A program made the position numbers and the translations under genes. The notes beneath the pieces are model-generated. The model was not told the DNA's origin. It worked only from the letters and a program-made list of their open reading frames with translations, and searched no databases. From Chitinophagales bacterium (GTDB lineage: Bacteria; Bacteroidota; Bacteroidia; Chitinophagales; LD1), in assembly GCA_046329555.1 (NCBI GenBank), contig JAXLUK010000001.1, forward strand, positions 790,855 through 854,854: 64,000 nucleotides of DNA. The letters run 5' to 3'. Each line of letters begins with the position of its first letter. The first letter of the stretch is position 1. Shown here piece by piece: positions 17,906 to 28,402 of the stretch.

Positions 17906-20101
17906 TTATTTCACCTTAAGCACCTTGAATTCGGTGCGGCGGTTTTCCTGGTGTTGAGTTTCCGTACAGGTTGATTTTTGAGCTCCTTCACAGGCGCAAT
18001 TGTTAACCAGACGGCGTTCGCCATAACCGGCAGCAATCATGCGTTTGCCTTCCACGCCATTCTGAATCAAATAATCCACACAACTTTTCGCACGCTTGGC
18101 AGATAACTCATCGTTATACTTAACTGTAGCGCGGCAATCGGTGTGAGAGCTTAATTCAATTTCCATTAACGGGAACTTCCTCATCAGTTCTAATACCTTA
18201 TTCAACTGAATAGCGGCATCAGGACGGATATTCCATTTATTCAAATCGTAATAAAGGTTTTCGATCTTGATGACAATACCTTTTTCGATATAAGTCAAAT
18301 CCAGCGTTTCGTAGATGCTTGCCGGAGCAACCTTACCCTTGGTGGTAATTTTACGACAAGGACGGTCGTAGCTGCCATCAGGGTTTGCGGCAATTTTAGT
18401 AGCGCAAATTTCGTAATCTGTTTCTGGTTGAAGATCAAAATGGCACTTGCAGTCTTTACCAATTTCACAAGTTCTCTTTTCACCTGTAGCCAGATTGGTA
18501 ATCTCTACTATTGCGCCAACCGAAGTTACAGAAGCCTCATTCACCTTATGTTCATTCACACAAACATTCAGATCAATTCCCCCCATTTTGCTCAACGGAA
18601 TCTGAACCATTTGGTTGGCCTTTGTAGTAGTTACGTTAACGCTGTTTGGTTCGTATTCTTTTTGTGAAGCACTTACCTTGTAGCTGTGTTCAGGCAATGC
18701 AGGGAAACAAAAATCACCCTTCGCGCCTGCTGAACGAGTTCCTATCACCACATTGTCTTCCAATAATTTCACTTCGCTGTTTGGCAGTGGATTCAAGGTG
18801 CGGGCATCTACTACTGTGCCGCACAGGGTGATACCATTTTTCGAGAATTTGTAGATATCGTCTTCCCCTTTACCACCATCGCGGTTACTGGCCAGATAGC
18901 CATTCGCATTTTTACCGTCTATTATAAATCCGAAATCATCCCACTTGGTGTTAATTGGAGCACCTTGATTTTGAACATCTTTCCATTCCCCTCCGGAATA
19001 AGCAGCACTGTAAACATCTAAACCACCTAAGCCGGTGCGGCTGTCGCTGGAGAAATACAACGTACCATCTTCAGCCATAAAAGGGAATGCCTCACGGCCT
19101 GCGGTGTTCACATATTTTCCCAAATTAATTGGAGGCCCCCAATTCACGCCATCTTTATAAGAAACGTATAAATCGGTTTCACCGTAACCACCGGGCATAT
19201 CCGAAATAAAGAACATCCGGCGACCGTCTTTTGAAAGGGTTGGGTGCCCACATGAATATTCATTGTTTCCGAAAGGAACTTCCGTAACATTTTGCCAGCG
19301 TGCATCAACCTCATTCCATTCTGCGCGCATAATTTTCAACTTCACAATTTTATCCTTGCTCTTCTTTACCTTGCTGCGGATATAATTGCTGCGGGTGAAA
19401 TACAATTCTTTTCCATCCGGAGACACCACACATGGTCCTTCGTGGTAGCGTGCATTTACCTTTTTATTCTTGATTTTATTGCCGCTGTGATCACCACTTG
19501 AGAAATACACATCGTAGAAATTTCTACCCGTCCATTCATCGGTACGCAAAACGCTGGCACCACGACCCTTGTTGCTGCTAAACAAGATACCGTCTTTCCA
19601 AAAAGCAGGTCCCATTTCGCTGGCTGCGGAATTCACTTCCGGTACTGGAATAATGGTGAACACCTTGGTGTCGTTAGCCAGTAATTTCATTTTGTCGCCA
19701 TTGGCCGCCAATTCCTTGCCGCGGGCATCAGTAGGCATTAACTCACTGTATTGTTTGAAGGCGGCAGCAGCTTCATCATACTTTCCGTTGGCGCGCAATT
19801 CAATACCATAGTACAGCTTATTAATGGCTTGCGTATTCGGTATTTTAATGATTTCTCCGTACAACGCCTCTGCATTGGTATGGTCGTCCATCAGCACATA
19901 GGTGCGCGCCAGACGTTCTTTGATAGCAATATCGTTAGGATATTTCTTCATTACTGCGCGATACGCATCTGCAGCTTCAGTGAAATTGAATGACCGGAAA
20001 AAGCGATCGCCGGTTTTTGTTTTCGATACTTGCGAGAACCCGGCCACAGCCACCGCGATGGCCAGCATTACCAGTCCGTATTTTTTAAAGTTCATTGCCA
20101 T
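17906..20101 (-). CDS. OmpA-family protein with TPR, TolB-like beta-propeller and OmpA C-terminal domain
   Basis: The C-terminus (SHTDCRATVKYNDELSAKRAKSCVDYL...NRRTEF) is OmpA_C-like. PD40-like repeats are present. It is the usual partner of PorP/SprF. Confidence 0.85.
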   Translation of the reverse strand: MAMNFKKYGLVMLAIAVAVAGFSQVSKTKTGDRFFRSFNFTEAADAYRAVMKKYPNDIAIKERLARTYVLMDDHTNAEALYGEIIKIPNTQAINKLYYGIELRANGKYDEAAAAFKQYSELMPTDARGKELAANGDKMKLLANDTKVFTIIPVPEVNSAASEMGPAFWKDGILFSSNKGRGASVLRTDEWTGRNFYDVYFSSGDHSGNKIKNKKVNARYHEGPCVVSPDGKELYFTRSNYIRSKVKKSKDKIVKLKIMRAEWNEVDARWQNVTEVPFGNNEYSCGHPTLSKDGRRMFFISDMPGGYGETDLYVSYKDGVNWGPPINLGKYVNTAGREAFPFMAEDGTLYFSSDSRTGLGGLDVYSAAYSGGEWKDVQNQGAPINTKWDDFGFIIDGKNANGYLASNRDGGKGEDDIYKFSKNGITLCGTVVDARTLNPLPNSEVKLLEDNVVIGTRSAGAKGDFCFPALPEHSYKVSASQKEYEPNSVNVTTTKANQMVQIPLSKMGGIDLNVCVNEHKVNEASVTSVGAIVEITNLATGEKRTCEIGKDCKCHFDLQPETDYEICATKIAANPDGSYDRPCRKITTKGKVAPASIYETLDLTYIEKGIVIKIENLYYDLNKWNIRPDAAIQLNKVLELMRKFPLMEIELSSHTDCRATVKYNDELSAKRAKSCVDYLIQNGVEGKRMIAAGYGERRLVNNCACEGAQKSTCTETQHQENRRTEFKVLKVK

Positions 20102-20124
20102 GTTTTTAAGTCGCAGGTTATTTA

Positions 20125-21069
20125 TTAGAAGTAACGAACGTAACGCGGATTCACCAGACGCTTCTTGTTGAAGTCGAGGTCGTAACCCATCATAATTTCG
20201 TGTGATCCCGTAGTGAATTTCGAAAGTGCGGTAACTGTCAAATCATAGGCATAACCCACGCGCCACTGCGGCGTGATATTGAAGGCGGCCATGAAGCCGT
20301 AAGAGTCGCTCAAACGGTAGCTGGCACCCAACCAAATACGGTCAATGAAGATGAAGTTAGCGTTGAAATCAAAGGATACGGGAGCATGCTTAGGCGTCCA
20401 CTTCATGAAAACCGAAGGCGCGAATTTCACTTTCTTGCCTAAATCAAAAGCGTATCCCGCAGAAGCGTTCAGCGACATATATTGGTGTGCGTCGGCAATA
20501 CCGCGCTTCCATACATCGCCATTCTTCTCTAAAGAGTTCTGTAACAAGTTAGGAACAGCCATACCTACAAACCATTTCTGGCCATAAGCATAAACGCCAA
20601 ATCCCAGATTAGGCATCCACAAGTTGACATTGCTTTGGAACTTTGGATCACCCGCTTCTGTAAGACCAACCTCTGCCAAAGAAGCGCGGTAATTGGTAAA
20701 GCCTGCGCTGATACCAAAAGACAACTTGATACGCTTCGATCTTCCCAATGGAATACGATATGCAAAAGTTCCTTCCAGCTTGTTGGTATGCACCACGGTG
20801 TAACGATCGTTCACGAAAGTTAGACCAAGGGCGATATTGTTATTTTTTAACGGCGAATGGATAGAGAACGATCCGGTTTGCGGTGCTCCGGGAACATTCA
20901 CCCACTGCCAGCGGTATATTGCCGCCATACTCAGCGCTTCGCGACTGCCGGCATATGCCGGGTTAAACATCAGTCCGTTGAACCGGTACATCGTATGTTG
21001 CGGGTCTTGCTGAGCCATCACACCAGTGGTGATTGCCATCAGACCGATTATGGTTAAAAACTGCTTCAT
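20125..21069 (-). CDS. PorP/SprF-family type IX secretion membrane protein
   Basis: The N-terminus AQQDPQHTMYRFNGLMFNPAYAG is the family signature. 314 aa beta-barrel. Confidence 0.85.
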   Translation of the reverse strand: MKQFLTIIGLMAITTGVMAQQDPQHTMYRFNGLMFNPAYAGSREALSMAAIYRWQWVNVPGAPQTGSFSIHSPLKNNNIALGLTFVNDRYTVVHTNKLEGTFAYRIPLGRSKRIKLSFGISAGFTNYRASLAEVGLTEAGDPKFQSNVNLWMPNLGFGVYAYGQKWFVGMAVPNLLQNSLEKNGDVWKRGIADAHQYMSLNASAGYAFDLGKKVKFAPSVFMKWTPKHAPVSFDFNANFIFIDRIWLGASYRLSDSYGFMAAFNITPQWRVGYAYDLTVTALSKFTTGSHEIMMGYDLDFNKKRLVNPRYVRYF

Positions 21070-21103
21070 TAGTTTTTAGTTTTTCTGATTAATGATTAGG
21101 GGA

Positions 21104-23809
21104 TTAACGATGAATTACGATGTAGCCAACTTTGTCTTTCAACCCATCGGCATTGTATTTGAAAATATACCAGTAAGAACCATCGGGAAGCGGCTCATTG
21201 TTGCGCTTCCAGGTACCTTGCCAGTCATTCTGATAACCTTCGCCATCATTGCGCCAAACTTCTTCGCCGTAGCGGTTGAATACAAGCAACTGTGATTTAG
21301 GATATTCTTCCGCCGAAGGAATAACGAACTTATCATTCTTGCCATCCCCATCCGGTGAGAATCCTTCCGGAATGCGGAATGCCGGTTTAGGAAGAACCGA
21401 AATACGAACCATGGCGTTATCACACAAGGTCACATTTCCTTCAGTTTTGCATAAGGTGTAGCAGAAAGAATCTACGCCAATTCCAATCAGATTGTCGGCA
21501 TACGGATCGTACGGATAATCATCAGCCGGAACATAGGTAATCTGTCCGTTTTCAACTGTGGCGGTACCATGCAACGGCTGGCTGCACAGGCTCAGCACAT
21601 CAGTGGCGCTGCGCGTATCATTCGCTCGCACATCAATACCTATTTGCTGCTCCTGATTGGTGGTGGCATTGTCGTCACGAGCGTTAATCGGAACAATCAC
21701 GTAGATGGTGCGGCTAACGCAAGCACCAGCTTTATCACAGATGGTGTAATGCACCGTATCTACTCCGGTAAAGGCCGGATCGGGTTGGTAGCAATAAACA
21801 CTATCATTCAGCAAATGAACATGACCGTTGTTGCTGGTAGTCGTGTCTAAGGCAGTAACCGTCAACGCATCGCCTGCATCAATATCATTTCCCAGGCGAA
21901 GAATGTTCACCAGACCGCAATTTTCCCATTGATAATTAATCACTGTATCTACTGCTGTAGGTGGATCATTTCGCGGCGTAACGGTAATAATTACAGTGGT
22001 GGTATCGCAAGTAGGATATTGATTACAGATCACCACCTTCACTACTTCTTGTCCGTTGTAATTTGGCGGCGGCACAATTGTTACACATGGATTTGTTCCG
22101 AATGACGTACTTACCGGACGAACGGTATCGATTGAGGCCGGATAAATATTTGTTATTTGAACCAGGTAACCATTCTGATCGGTATAAGTAATACATTGGG
22201 TAACGCTGGAATCTTCAGGGAAAGTAACGCGTACCGTATCTTGAGTTACCGGAGGTTGATTACATGTTTGAACAAACACATCTACACGAGCCAGATTGCA
22301 AAGGCGCGGTGTTCCTTGGTCGCAAGCCAGATAAGTAAAGAAATCCTGACCGTTATAATTAGCATCAGGTGTATATAAGTAATGAGCAGAATCGGTGCGT
22401 ACCACATTGCCGTGCGCCGGAGGTCCGATAATTCCGATACCTAATGAGTCGCTCAAAGTTACTACCGTACCTTCCGGATCATAGTCATTGGCCGTAACAT
22501 TAATTGGTACGTTCAGATTCCGACAAACATAGGCCGTATCTTTGTTGGTGATGGGGTTCAGGCCGTTACAAGGACTATTGGTGATATTGATGCTCAATAC
22601 TCCGGTATCGCAAAAACACTGGTTGCAGACAGAATAACGAATTTGGTCGGTTGTGCCCGCCACACTAATACCATTGGCAGCATAAACAATCTGGTTGTTA
22701 ACAACCGAAGCCGAACCGTTTGTAGGTTGCTGAGAAATAGTTACGGTAACATTTCCGCCATTGATAGGCAATACGTCATTGCGCAACACATTGTAAGTGT
22801 TGGTGCAGGTGCTGCTATATCCTGCATAATAAATATCGGCAACAGCCTGTGGTTTTCTGCATGGTGCCTGCGTTACAGTAACTTCAAGCAATGCCGTATC
22901 GCAACCGCAATCGGTACAAACGGCATAATAGATAGAATCTAAACCGAAGCCTGTTCCGCCGGCTTTGTAAGTCACCACACCACCGCTTACGGTAGCCGTA
23001 CCGCCATATTTTGGCGTATTCAATAAGGTAACCACTGCAGTTCCGAACCCAGAGGCATTCGCATCGTTCAGCAGAACATTTACCGCTGAGGTTTGAACTT
23101 GTTCTACAGTTAAAACATCGTTCTGTGCATTTACAGGCTGGCAGGTAGTCTGGTTCAGATACACGGTTGCCGTATCACAAAGATTGCCCGGACAAGTATT
23201 GCAAATAGCATAGGTGAAAGTATCCGGACCGGTATACCCCGCATTGCCATTGAAGAGAACACTCCCATTAACTACCGTTGCCGTACCATGAACAGGAGCC
23301 TGCAACACTGTAGTAGTTAGCGCACCACCGGCAATGTTGACGTCGTTGGCCACCACATTCAGTGTTTGCGGCACGTTGTTATATACTTGAAATACATCGT
23401 CAGCAGCATTTGGAGCCGGGCAGTATGGAGCTACATAAATATCTACCAATCCCTGAGCACAATTGCCACAAGCGTTACAAACTTCATAAGTAATGTAATC
23501 ATGACCAACGAAACCTGGATTAGGAACATAACGCAATACTGAGTCATTAATAAAGGTCGCGGTTCCATGGGCAGGTGCCTGAACGATGTTCACCAAGGCC
23601 GGAACCAGTTGAATGCTGCTTCCGTTAAAGATTACATCATTGCGACCAACATTAAAATCAATAGGAACATTCCGCAAGGTGGTGGTGTCATCACCCTTCG
23701 GAAACGGAATGGGGCATTGCGCCGAGGCGCTGTTTGCCAAAAGCAGCATAAGGCCCAGGGCCAGAACATTAAAAAACGTGATTTTAGCTGCGGTAAAGCG
23801 CTGTTTCAT
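21104..23809 (-). CDS. Large cell-surface repeat protein with T9SS type-B sorting (gliding-motility C-terminal) domain
   Basis: Repeated units of about 95 aa (..NDV...G..LT...QAPVHGTATV.NG.. ..Y.P..GY.GPD.F.Y..C). The C-terminus PEGFSPDGDGKNDKFVIP...LPDGSYWYIF is the type-B sorting domain. Start chosen at MKQRF. Confidence 0.85.
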   Translation of the reverse strand: MKQRFTAAKITFFNVLALGLMLLLANSASAQCPIPFPKGDDTTTLRNVPIDFNVGRNDVIFNGSSIQLVPALVNIVQAPAHGTATFINDSVLRYVPNPGFVGHDYITYEVCNACGNCAQGLVDIYVAPYCPAPNAADDVFQVYNNVPQTLNVVANDVNIAGGALTTTVLQAPVHGTATVVNGSVLFNGNAGYTGPDTFTYAICNTCPGNLCDTATVYLNQTTCQPVNAQNDVLTVEQVQTSAVNVLLNDANASGFGTAVVTLLNTPKYGGTATVSGGVVTYKAGGTGFGLDSIYYAVCTDCGCDTALLEVTVTQAPCRKPQAVADIYYAGYSSTCTNTYNVLRNDVLPINGGNVTVTISQQPTNGSASVVNNQIVYAANGISVAGTTDQIRYSVCNQCFCDTGVLSINITNSPCNGLNPITNKDTAYVCRNLNVPINVTANDYDPEGTVVTLSDSLGIGIIGPPAHGNVVRTDSAHYLYTPDANYNGQDFFTYLACDQGTPRLCNLARVDVFVQTCNQPPVTQDTVRVTFPEDSSVTQCITYTDQNGYLVQITNIYPASIDTVRPVSTSFGTNPCVTIVPPPNYNGQEVVKVVICNQYPTCDTTTVIITVTPRNDPPTAVDTVINYQWENCGLVNILRLGNDIDAGDALTVTALDTTTSNNGHVHLLNDSVYCYQPDPAFTGVDTVHYTICDKAGACVSRTIYVIVPINARDDNATTNQEQQIGIDVRANDTRSATDVLSLCSQPLHGTATVENGQITYVPADDYPYDPYADNLIGIGVDSFCYTLCKTEGNVTLCDNAMVRISVLPKPAFRIPEGFSPDGDGKNDKFVIPSAEEYPKSQLLVFNRYGEEVWRNDGEGYQNDWQGTWKRNNEPLPDGSYWYIFKYNADGLKDKVGYIVIHR

Positions 23810-24122
23810 CTGAAATTTTTTTGAGGCAGGTGTACGGCACGATATAATTTCCATGCCAATTTCGCGCAAAACTATACTTTAACTAAAAAAAGTCAAGCTA
23901 TTTTTAAATTAGTTACTGCTCAACGTCAATTTATTGTCATCAAAAATAGACGTATGGTAAATAGTCCGCTCTACAACCCTTCGTACATTATAAACCGTTA
24001 AAAAGCAACCATTAGCCTATTTAATTGTTACTTTTAATCGAAGAACCCGCACTTTTGTTAAGAAAGTGCAGCCAAATTGGCATGGAAAGGGTTTTGGATT
24101 ATTTTTTGACATACTCACACGC

Positions 24123-26669
24123 ATGGAAGCAAAATTTTCACCGAAAGTAAAGGAAGTAATTTCCTTTAGTCGCGAAGAAGCCCTTCGGTTGGGTCACGAC
24201 TTCATCGGTATCGAACACTTATTACTGGGCCTCATTCGCGACGGCGAATGCCTGGCTATCAAAACCCTGCAATCGCTGGATGTGGATACAGCGATGCTGC
24301 GCAAGGTGATTGAAGACTCAATCCGCGACAAAACGACAAAAACCATTCACAACCCCAACTCGCTGCCGCTGACCAAGCAGGCCGAGAAAATTCTGAAAAT
24401 TACCGTGCTGGAAGCCAAGGTGTTGAAAAGCGATGTGATTGGAACCGAGCACTTACTGCTCTCTATACTGAAAAATAAAGACAACATCGTTACGCAAGTG
24501 CTGAATAAATACGATGTTACTTACGAAGTATTTAAAGCAGAAGTGGAGATGTTGCAGAACGACACCCGCGAAACACCGGATTTGCCGCAATCTTCTATGC
24601 CGGGCGAATCAGATGATGATGCTTATGAAGAAGATAAGGGCAAGGGATTCGGTCCGGCTGCGCCTAAAAAGGGCAATGCCAAATCGAAAACCCCGGTGCT
24701 GGATAATTTCGGCCGCGATGTGACGCTGGCTGCCGAAGAAGGAAATCTGGATCCTATCGTAGGCCGTGAACAGGAAATTGAGCGCGTATCGCAAATCTTA
24801 TCCCGTCGCAAGAAAAACAACCCTATCCTCATCGGCGAACCCGGTGTGGGTAAAACGGCAGTGGTGGAAGGACTGGCGCTGCGAATCATTCAGAAAAAAG
24901 TGTCGCGCGTACTGTTCGGCAAACGCATCGTGATGCTGGATATGGCTGCACTGGTGGCCGGTACCAAGTACCGCGGACAGTTCGAAGAGCGGATGAAGGC
25001 CATCATGAATGAACTGGAGAAAAACCGCGATGTCATTTTGTTTATCGATGAAATTCACACCATCGTTGGTGCAGGTGGCGCAACTGGCTCCTTGGATGCT
25101 TCGAATATTTTTAAACCTGCCCTGGCCCGCGGTGAACTGCAGTGCATAGGCGCTTCTACCCTGGATGAATACCGCCAGTTTATTGAAAAAGATGGGGCCC
25201 TCGACCGCCGCTTCCAAAAAGTGATGATCGATCCGCCAACGGCCGATGAAACCATGCAAATTCTCACCAACATCAAGCCGAAATACGAAGAATACCATAG
25301 CGTAGAATATTCTTCTGATGCTATCGCCGCCTGCGTAAAACTGAGCGGCCGCTACATCACCGATCGCTTCTTCCCCGATAAAGCCATTGACGTGCTGGAT
25401 GAAGTGGGCGCTCGTGTACACCTGAAAAATATCCATGTTCCAAAAAATATTGTGGAACTGGAAAAGCAGGTAGAAGATATTAAGGTGGAAAAGAACCAAG
25501 TGGTGAAGTCGCAGAAGTATGAAGAAGCGGCCCGCCTGCGCGACAAAGAGAAAAACCTGCTGGAAGAATTAGAACGCGCAAAAAATGCGTGGGATGAAGA
25601 TTCCAAAAACGCCCGCTACCCTGTTGGTGAAGAAGATATTGCCGAAGTTGTAGCCATGATGACCGGCATTCCGGTAAACAAAGTGGCCCAAACAGAAAGC
25701 AGCAAGCTGCTCACGATGGGCAACGATTTGAAAGGCGCAGTTATTGGGCAGGATGATGCCGTGCTGAAAGTGGTTAAAGCCATTCAGCGCAACCGCGTAG
25801 GATTGAAAGATCCTAAAAAACCAATTGGTACGTTCATCTTTCTCGGACCAACCGGTGTGGGAAAAACAGAGTTAGCTAAAGCTATTGCCCGCTACCTGTT
25901 CGATAGCGAAGAAGCATTGATTCGTATCGATATGAGCGAATACATGGAGAAATTCAGCGTCAGCCGCCTGGTAGGCGCCCCTCCGGGATATGTAGGTTAT
26001 GAAGAAGGCGGACAGCTCACCGAAAAAGTTCGCCGCAAGCCGTATAGCGTCGTGCTGCTGGATGAAATTGAAAAAGCCCATCCGGATGTCTTCAATCTGT
26101 TGTTGCAGGTGTTCGATGACGGCATTCTTACCGATAGCATGGGTCGTAAGGTAGATTTTAAAAACACCCTCATTATCATGACCTCCAACATCGGCGCACG
26201 CGATCTGAAAGATTTCGGCACCGGCGTAGGATTCGCAACAAAATCTCGTGCCGACCAAAGCGATGAGCTGTCGAAGAATGTGATTTCAAAAGCACTGAAG
26301 CGTACCTTCGCACCAGAGTTTCTCAACCGCATCGACGATGTGATCATCTTCAATTCGCTGGAAAAAGAATCCATCATCAAAATCATCGATATCGCCCTGC
26401 GCGATGTGTTGAAGCGGTTGAATACCCTGGGTTATCACGTAGAACTTACTGAAGCCGCAAAAGGATTCCTGGCCGACAAAGGCTACGATCCGGCATTCGG
26501 CGCCCGCCCGTTACACCGCGCTATTCAAAAATACATTGAAGATCCGTTGGCAGAAGAAATTCTAAAAACGGGCGCAAAAGGCGGCGATACGTTCATCGTT
26601 GAATTGGCGGAAGATAAAGAGAAACTGACCTTCCATAAAGAAACTGCGAAAACGGCTGATCCCGTTTAA
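24123..26669 (+). CDS. clpC: ATP-dependent Clp protease ATP-binding subunit ClpC
   Basis: Clp_N repeats, two AAA+ modules (GEPGVGKTA; GPTGVGKTE), and a UVR-like linker. Start chosen at MEAKFSPKV. Confidence 0.9.
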   Translation: MEAKFSPKVKEVISFSREEALRLGHDFIGIEHLLLGLIRDGECLAIKTLQSLDVDTAMLRKVIEDSIRDKTTKTIHNPNSLPLTKQAEKILKITVLEAKVLKSDVIGTEHLLLSILKNKDNIVTQVLNKYDVTYEVFKAEVEMLQNDTRETPDLPQSSMPGESDDDAYEEDKGKGFGPAAPKKGNAKSKTPVLDNFGRDVTLAAEEGNLDPIVGREQEIERVSQILSRRKKNNPILIGEPGVGKTAVVEGLALRIIQKKVSRVLFGKRIVMLDMAALVAGTKYRGQFEERMKAIMNELEKNRDVILFIDEIHTIVGAGGATGSLDASNIFKPALARGELQCIGASTLDEYRQFIEKDGALDRRFQKVMIDPPTADETMQILTNIKPKYEEYHSVEYSSDAIAACVKLSGRYITDRFFPDKAIDVLDEVGARVHLKNIHVPKNIVELEKQVEDIKVEKNQVVKSQKYEEAARLRDKEKNLLEELERAKNAWDEDSKNARYPVGEEDIAEVVAMMTGIPVNKVAQTESSKLLTMGNDLKGAVIGQDDAVLKVVKAIQRNRVGLKDPKKPIGTFIFLGPTGVGKTELAKAIARYLFDSEEALIRIDMSEYMEKFSVSRLVGAPPGYVGYEEGGQLTEKVRRKPYSVVLLDEIEKAHPDVFNLLLQVFDDGILTDSMGRKVDFKNTLIIMTSNIGARDLKDFGTGVGFATKSRADQSDELSKNVISKALKRTFAPEFLNRIDDVIIFNSLEKESIIKIIDIALRDVLKRLNTLGYHVELTEAAKGFLADKGYDPAFGARPLHRAIQKYIEDPLAEEILKTGAKGGDTFIVELAEDKEKLTFHKETAKTADPV

Positions 26670-26689
26670 TCAGATAGGGAACTTTTATC

Positions 26690-26724
26690 AAGGGCTTTTA
26701 TGGATACCATAAAGCCCTTTTTTT
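26690..26724 (+). terminator. Rho-independent terminator after clpC
   Basis: AGGGCTTTTATGG-ata-CCATAAAGCCCT followed by TTTTTTT. Confidence 0.6.
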
Positions 26725-27853
26725 ATTCCGTTAAAGTTCCCTGCTTTCCTCCGTTTACCGGATTCAGCCGGCCAGCTCCCCCACCCGGCATAGTAACATG
26801 ATACGTACTGAAACGCAAATCAGGTTTGTAATAATCCGTGGAGATGATTTGCGCACCGCTTTCCAAAGCATCCTGAAGCGTGCTGTAATTATTGTCACGT
26901 GATTGCCGCGTTCCTGAATCAGCGCGGGTTCTAACGAAATATCCCTTTTGAACTAATTCGGTAATTCTGGACTTATCCCCCGTAGCGTTGTTCTTCACAA
27001 TAAATGCCGCATCCGGATTGTGCTCGCCATCAGCATATACAAACATCACCCGTTGCTGCAAGTTAGGGTGACCCTCTTTATACAAGGTTTCTGCCCTGCC
27101 TTCCATGATGAAAAATATTTTGCCCCGCACCGAATCCAATAACGGCCAATCGTTGCTCAATACCATATCTTCCAGCGTAGCATGCGCCCCACGCAAACGA
27201 TCGGGCGTTACTACATTCGTTAAAGAAGTTCCAAACACCGCTTTGATTTCTGCATCAATAGAATCGCAACCAGCAATACTCCAGGGAATACTGCGCTTAA
27301 ATCCGGCAAAACGCAAAAAACCATTGGCATCGCCCGGACCATCGGCCTTCGTTTCCACATTAATCATCAACGGCAAGTGGTTGGGATGCGCATCACTCCA
27401 CACTTTCAGCGCACGCAAACCATCTTTAAACGTGTAGTAATTGGTTTCATAATCTACGTCCTTAATGTGCAACATCTTCAACCCGGGCTCCTTCAACACC
27501 GCAATATGCGAAGGCACGCGTACACCGCGCACAAATGCATTCATCTTTCTGTTGTAAAATCGTCCGCCTTTCGGATCACAATAAATATCTAACTCTAAAC
27601 CACGCACCGCATAATTCGTAAACTGCGAATCAAAAGGTAGATGGTTGTAATCAATATCTTCCGGATTCAAATCTTTACCCAACTGCTTTTTGAATTTCAT
27701 CAGAAACCGCATCACATCCGCATTCGGATATTTTTTGTAGCTGTTGTGACTGGCAATGAGTTGAATTTGATTCATGCGCAAAGAGTTGGCCGACTGACTC
27801 CATACCTGCACAACAGCAATCAACACGAAACCAGCCGTAAGTATTTTTTTCAT
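26723..27853 (-). CDS. Secreted PI-PLC X-domain-like phosphodiesterase (Ca-dependent phosphoinositide phospholipase C-like)
   Basis: Signal peptide, then LIASHNSYKK and RGLELDIY motifs typical of the PI-PLC/GDPD TIM-barrel superfamily. Confidence 0.6.
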   Translation of the reverse strand: MKKILTAGFVLIAVVQVWSQSANSLRMNQIQLIASHNSYKKYPNADVMRFLMKFKKQLGKDLNPEDIDYNHLPFDSQFTNYAVRGLELDIYCDPKGGRFYNRKMNAFVRGVRVPSHIAVLKEPGLKMLHIKDVDYETNYYTFKDGLRALKVWSDAHPNHLPLMINVETKADGPGDANGFLRFAGFKRSIPWSIAGCDSIDAEIKAVFGTSLTNVVTPDRLRGAHATLEDMVLSNDWPLLDSVRGKIFFIMEGRAETLYKEGHPNLQQRVMFVYADGEHNPDAAFIVKNNATGDKSRITELVQKGYFVRTRADSGTRQSRDNNYSTLQDALESGAQIISTDYYKPDLRFSTYHVTMPGGGAGRLNPVNGGKQGTLTE

Positions 27854-27939
27854 CCCGGTATTTTCAAAGGTAAATTAAGTGAATACAACGGAAAGCGGTG
27901 AGATGGTAAATTTATGCAGCTTAACTGGCATCATCATTG

Positions 27940-28400
27940 GCGCATTCCATACAGCGGGAGCACGCCATGATTCACCGAATCCCTTTCACCTTTAAGTCCC
28001 ATCCGTCCAAACAGTCCCAATCGTGTTACCATCCTATTCTTCAAAATCACCGAACTTCGAATTATCGAACATCGAATTGTCGAACATCGAACGGTCGAAC
28101 ATCGAATGATGGCGGCTGCTGAAAAACAACTTACGATGTTTTGAAAACATCGTAAGTTGTTTTTCAGCACCGCGCTTTACGCTCCAAGTCCTCGCACGGC
28201 TTCGTTCCTCGCCGTGCTGCGGGCTTTACGCTCCAATCGCTTCCGCTCGGCGCTATTCGAGGAAAGTTGCGCACACATTGAAGCGATGACCATGTTTCAC
28301 TAAAGGTAAAGCTTACTACGACGCCCCGTTATTCAGCGCCCCAAACGTCCTATCGTCCCCATCGTCCGTCTCGTCCCCACCGTCCTCATCGTCCCAACAA
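27940..28400. repeat. Composite repeat island (GTCCC 9-mers, TCGAACATCGAA 15-mers, 25-bp-arm hairpin, GC-rich block, GTCCC array)
   Basis: The modules are individually matched by eye to 49150-49310, 52385-52640 and 13800-13935. Confidence 0.75.
28118..28168. repeat. Perfect palindromic hairpin, 25-bp arms
   Basis: GCTGAAAAACAACTTACGATGTTTT-g-AAAACATCGTAAGTTGTTTTTCAGC. A second copy lies at 52581-52631. Confidence 0.9.
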
Positions 28401-28402
28401 AA

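Noticed and set aside
20125-23809. The T9SS type-B cargo, PorP/SprF and OmpA-family triad might be a novel system.
   Set aside because: This three-gene arrangement is a well-known, widespread Bacteroidota module. Nothing in the sequence departs from the usual pattern.
23870-24122. An inverted repeat GCACTTT-tgttaag-AAAGTGC (24049-24069) upstream of clpC might be a heat-shock operator.
   Set aside because: It is only a 7-bp stem and has no resemblance to CIRCE or CtsR boxes. I know of no established Bacteroidota clpC operator to compare it with. It is too weak to report as a feature.
24798-25499. Long antisense ORFs lie inside clpC (24798-25499, 25872-26258, 25997-26386), ftsY (48407-48967), GH3 (36636-37166), the RND pump, prfC, the T9SS genes and others.
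   Set aside because: Each lies fully within a strongly supported gene on the opposite strand and has no recognisable family features.
27995-28400. The tandem arrays and repeated units might be a CRISPR array.
   Set aside because: The repeat units are 9 or 15 bp and directly abutting, with no unique spacers. The 110-nt units are irregularly spaced and in both orientations. No cas genes are present in the window.
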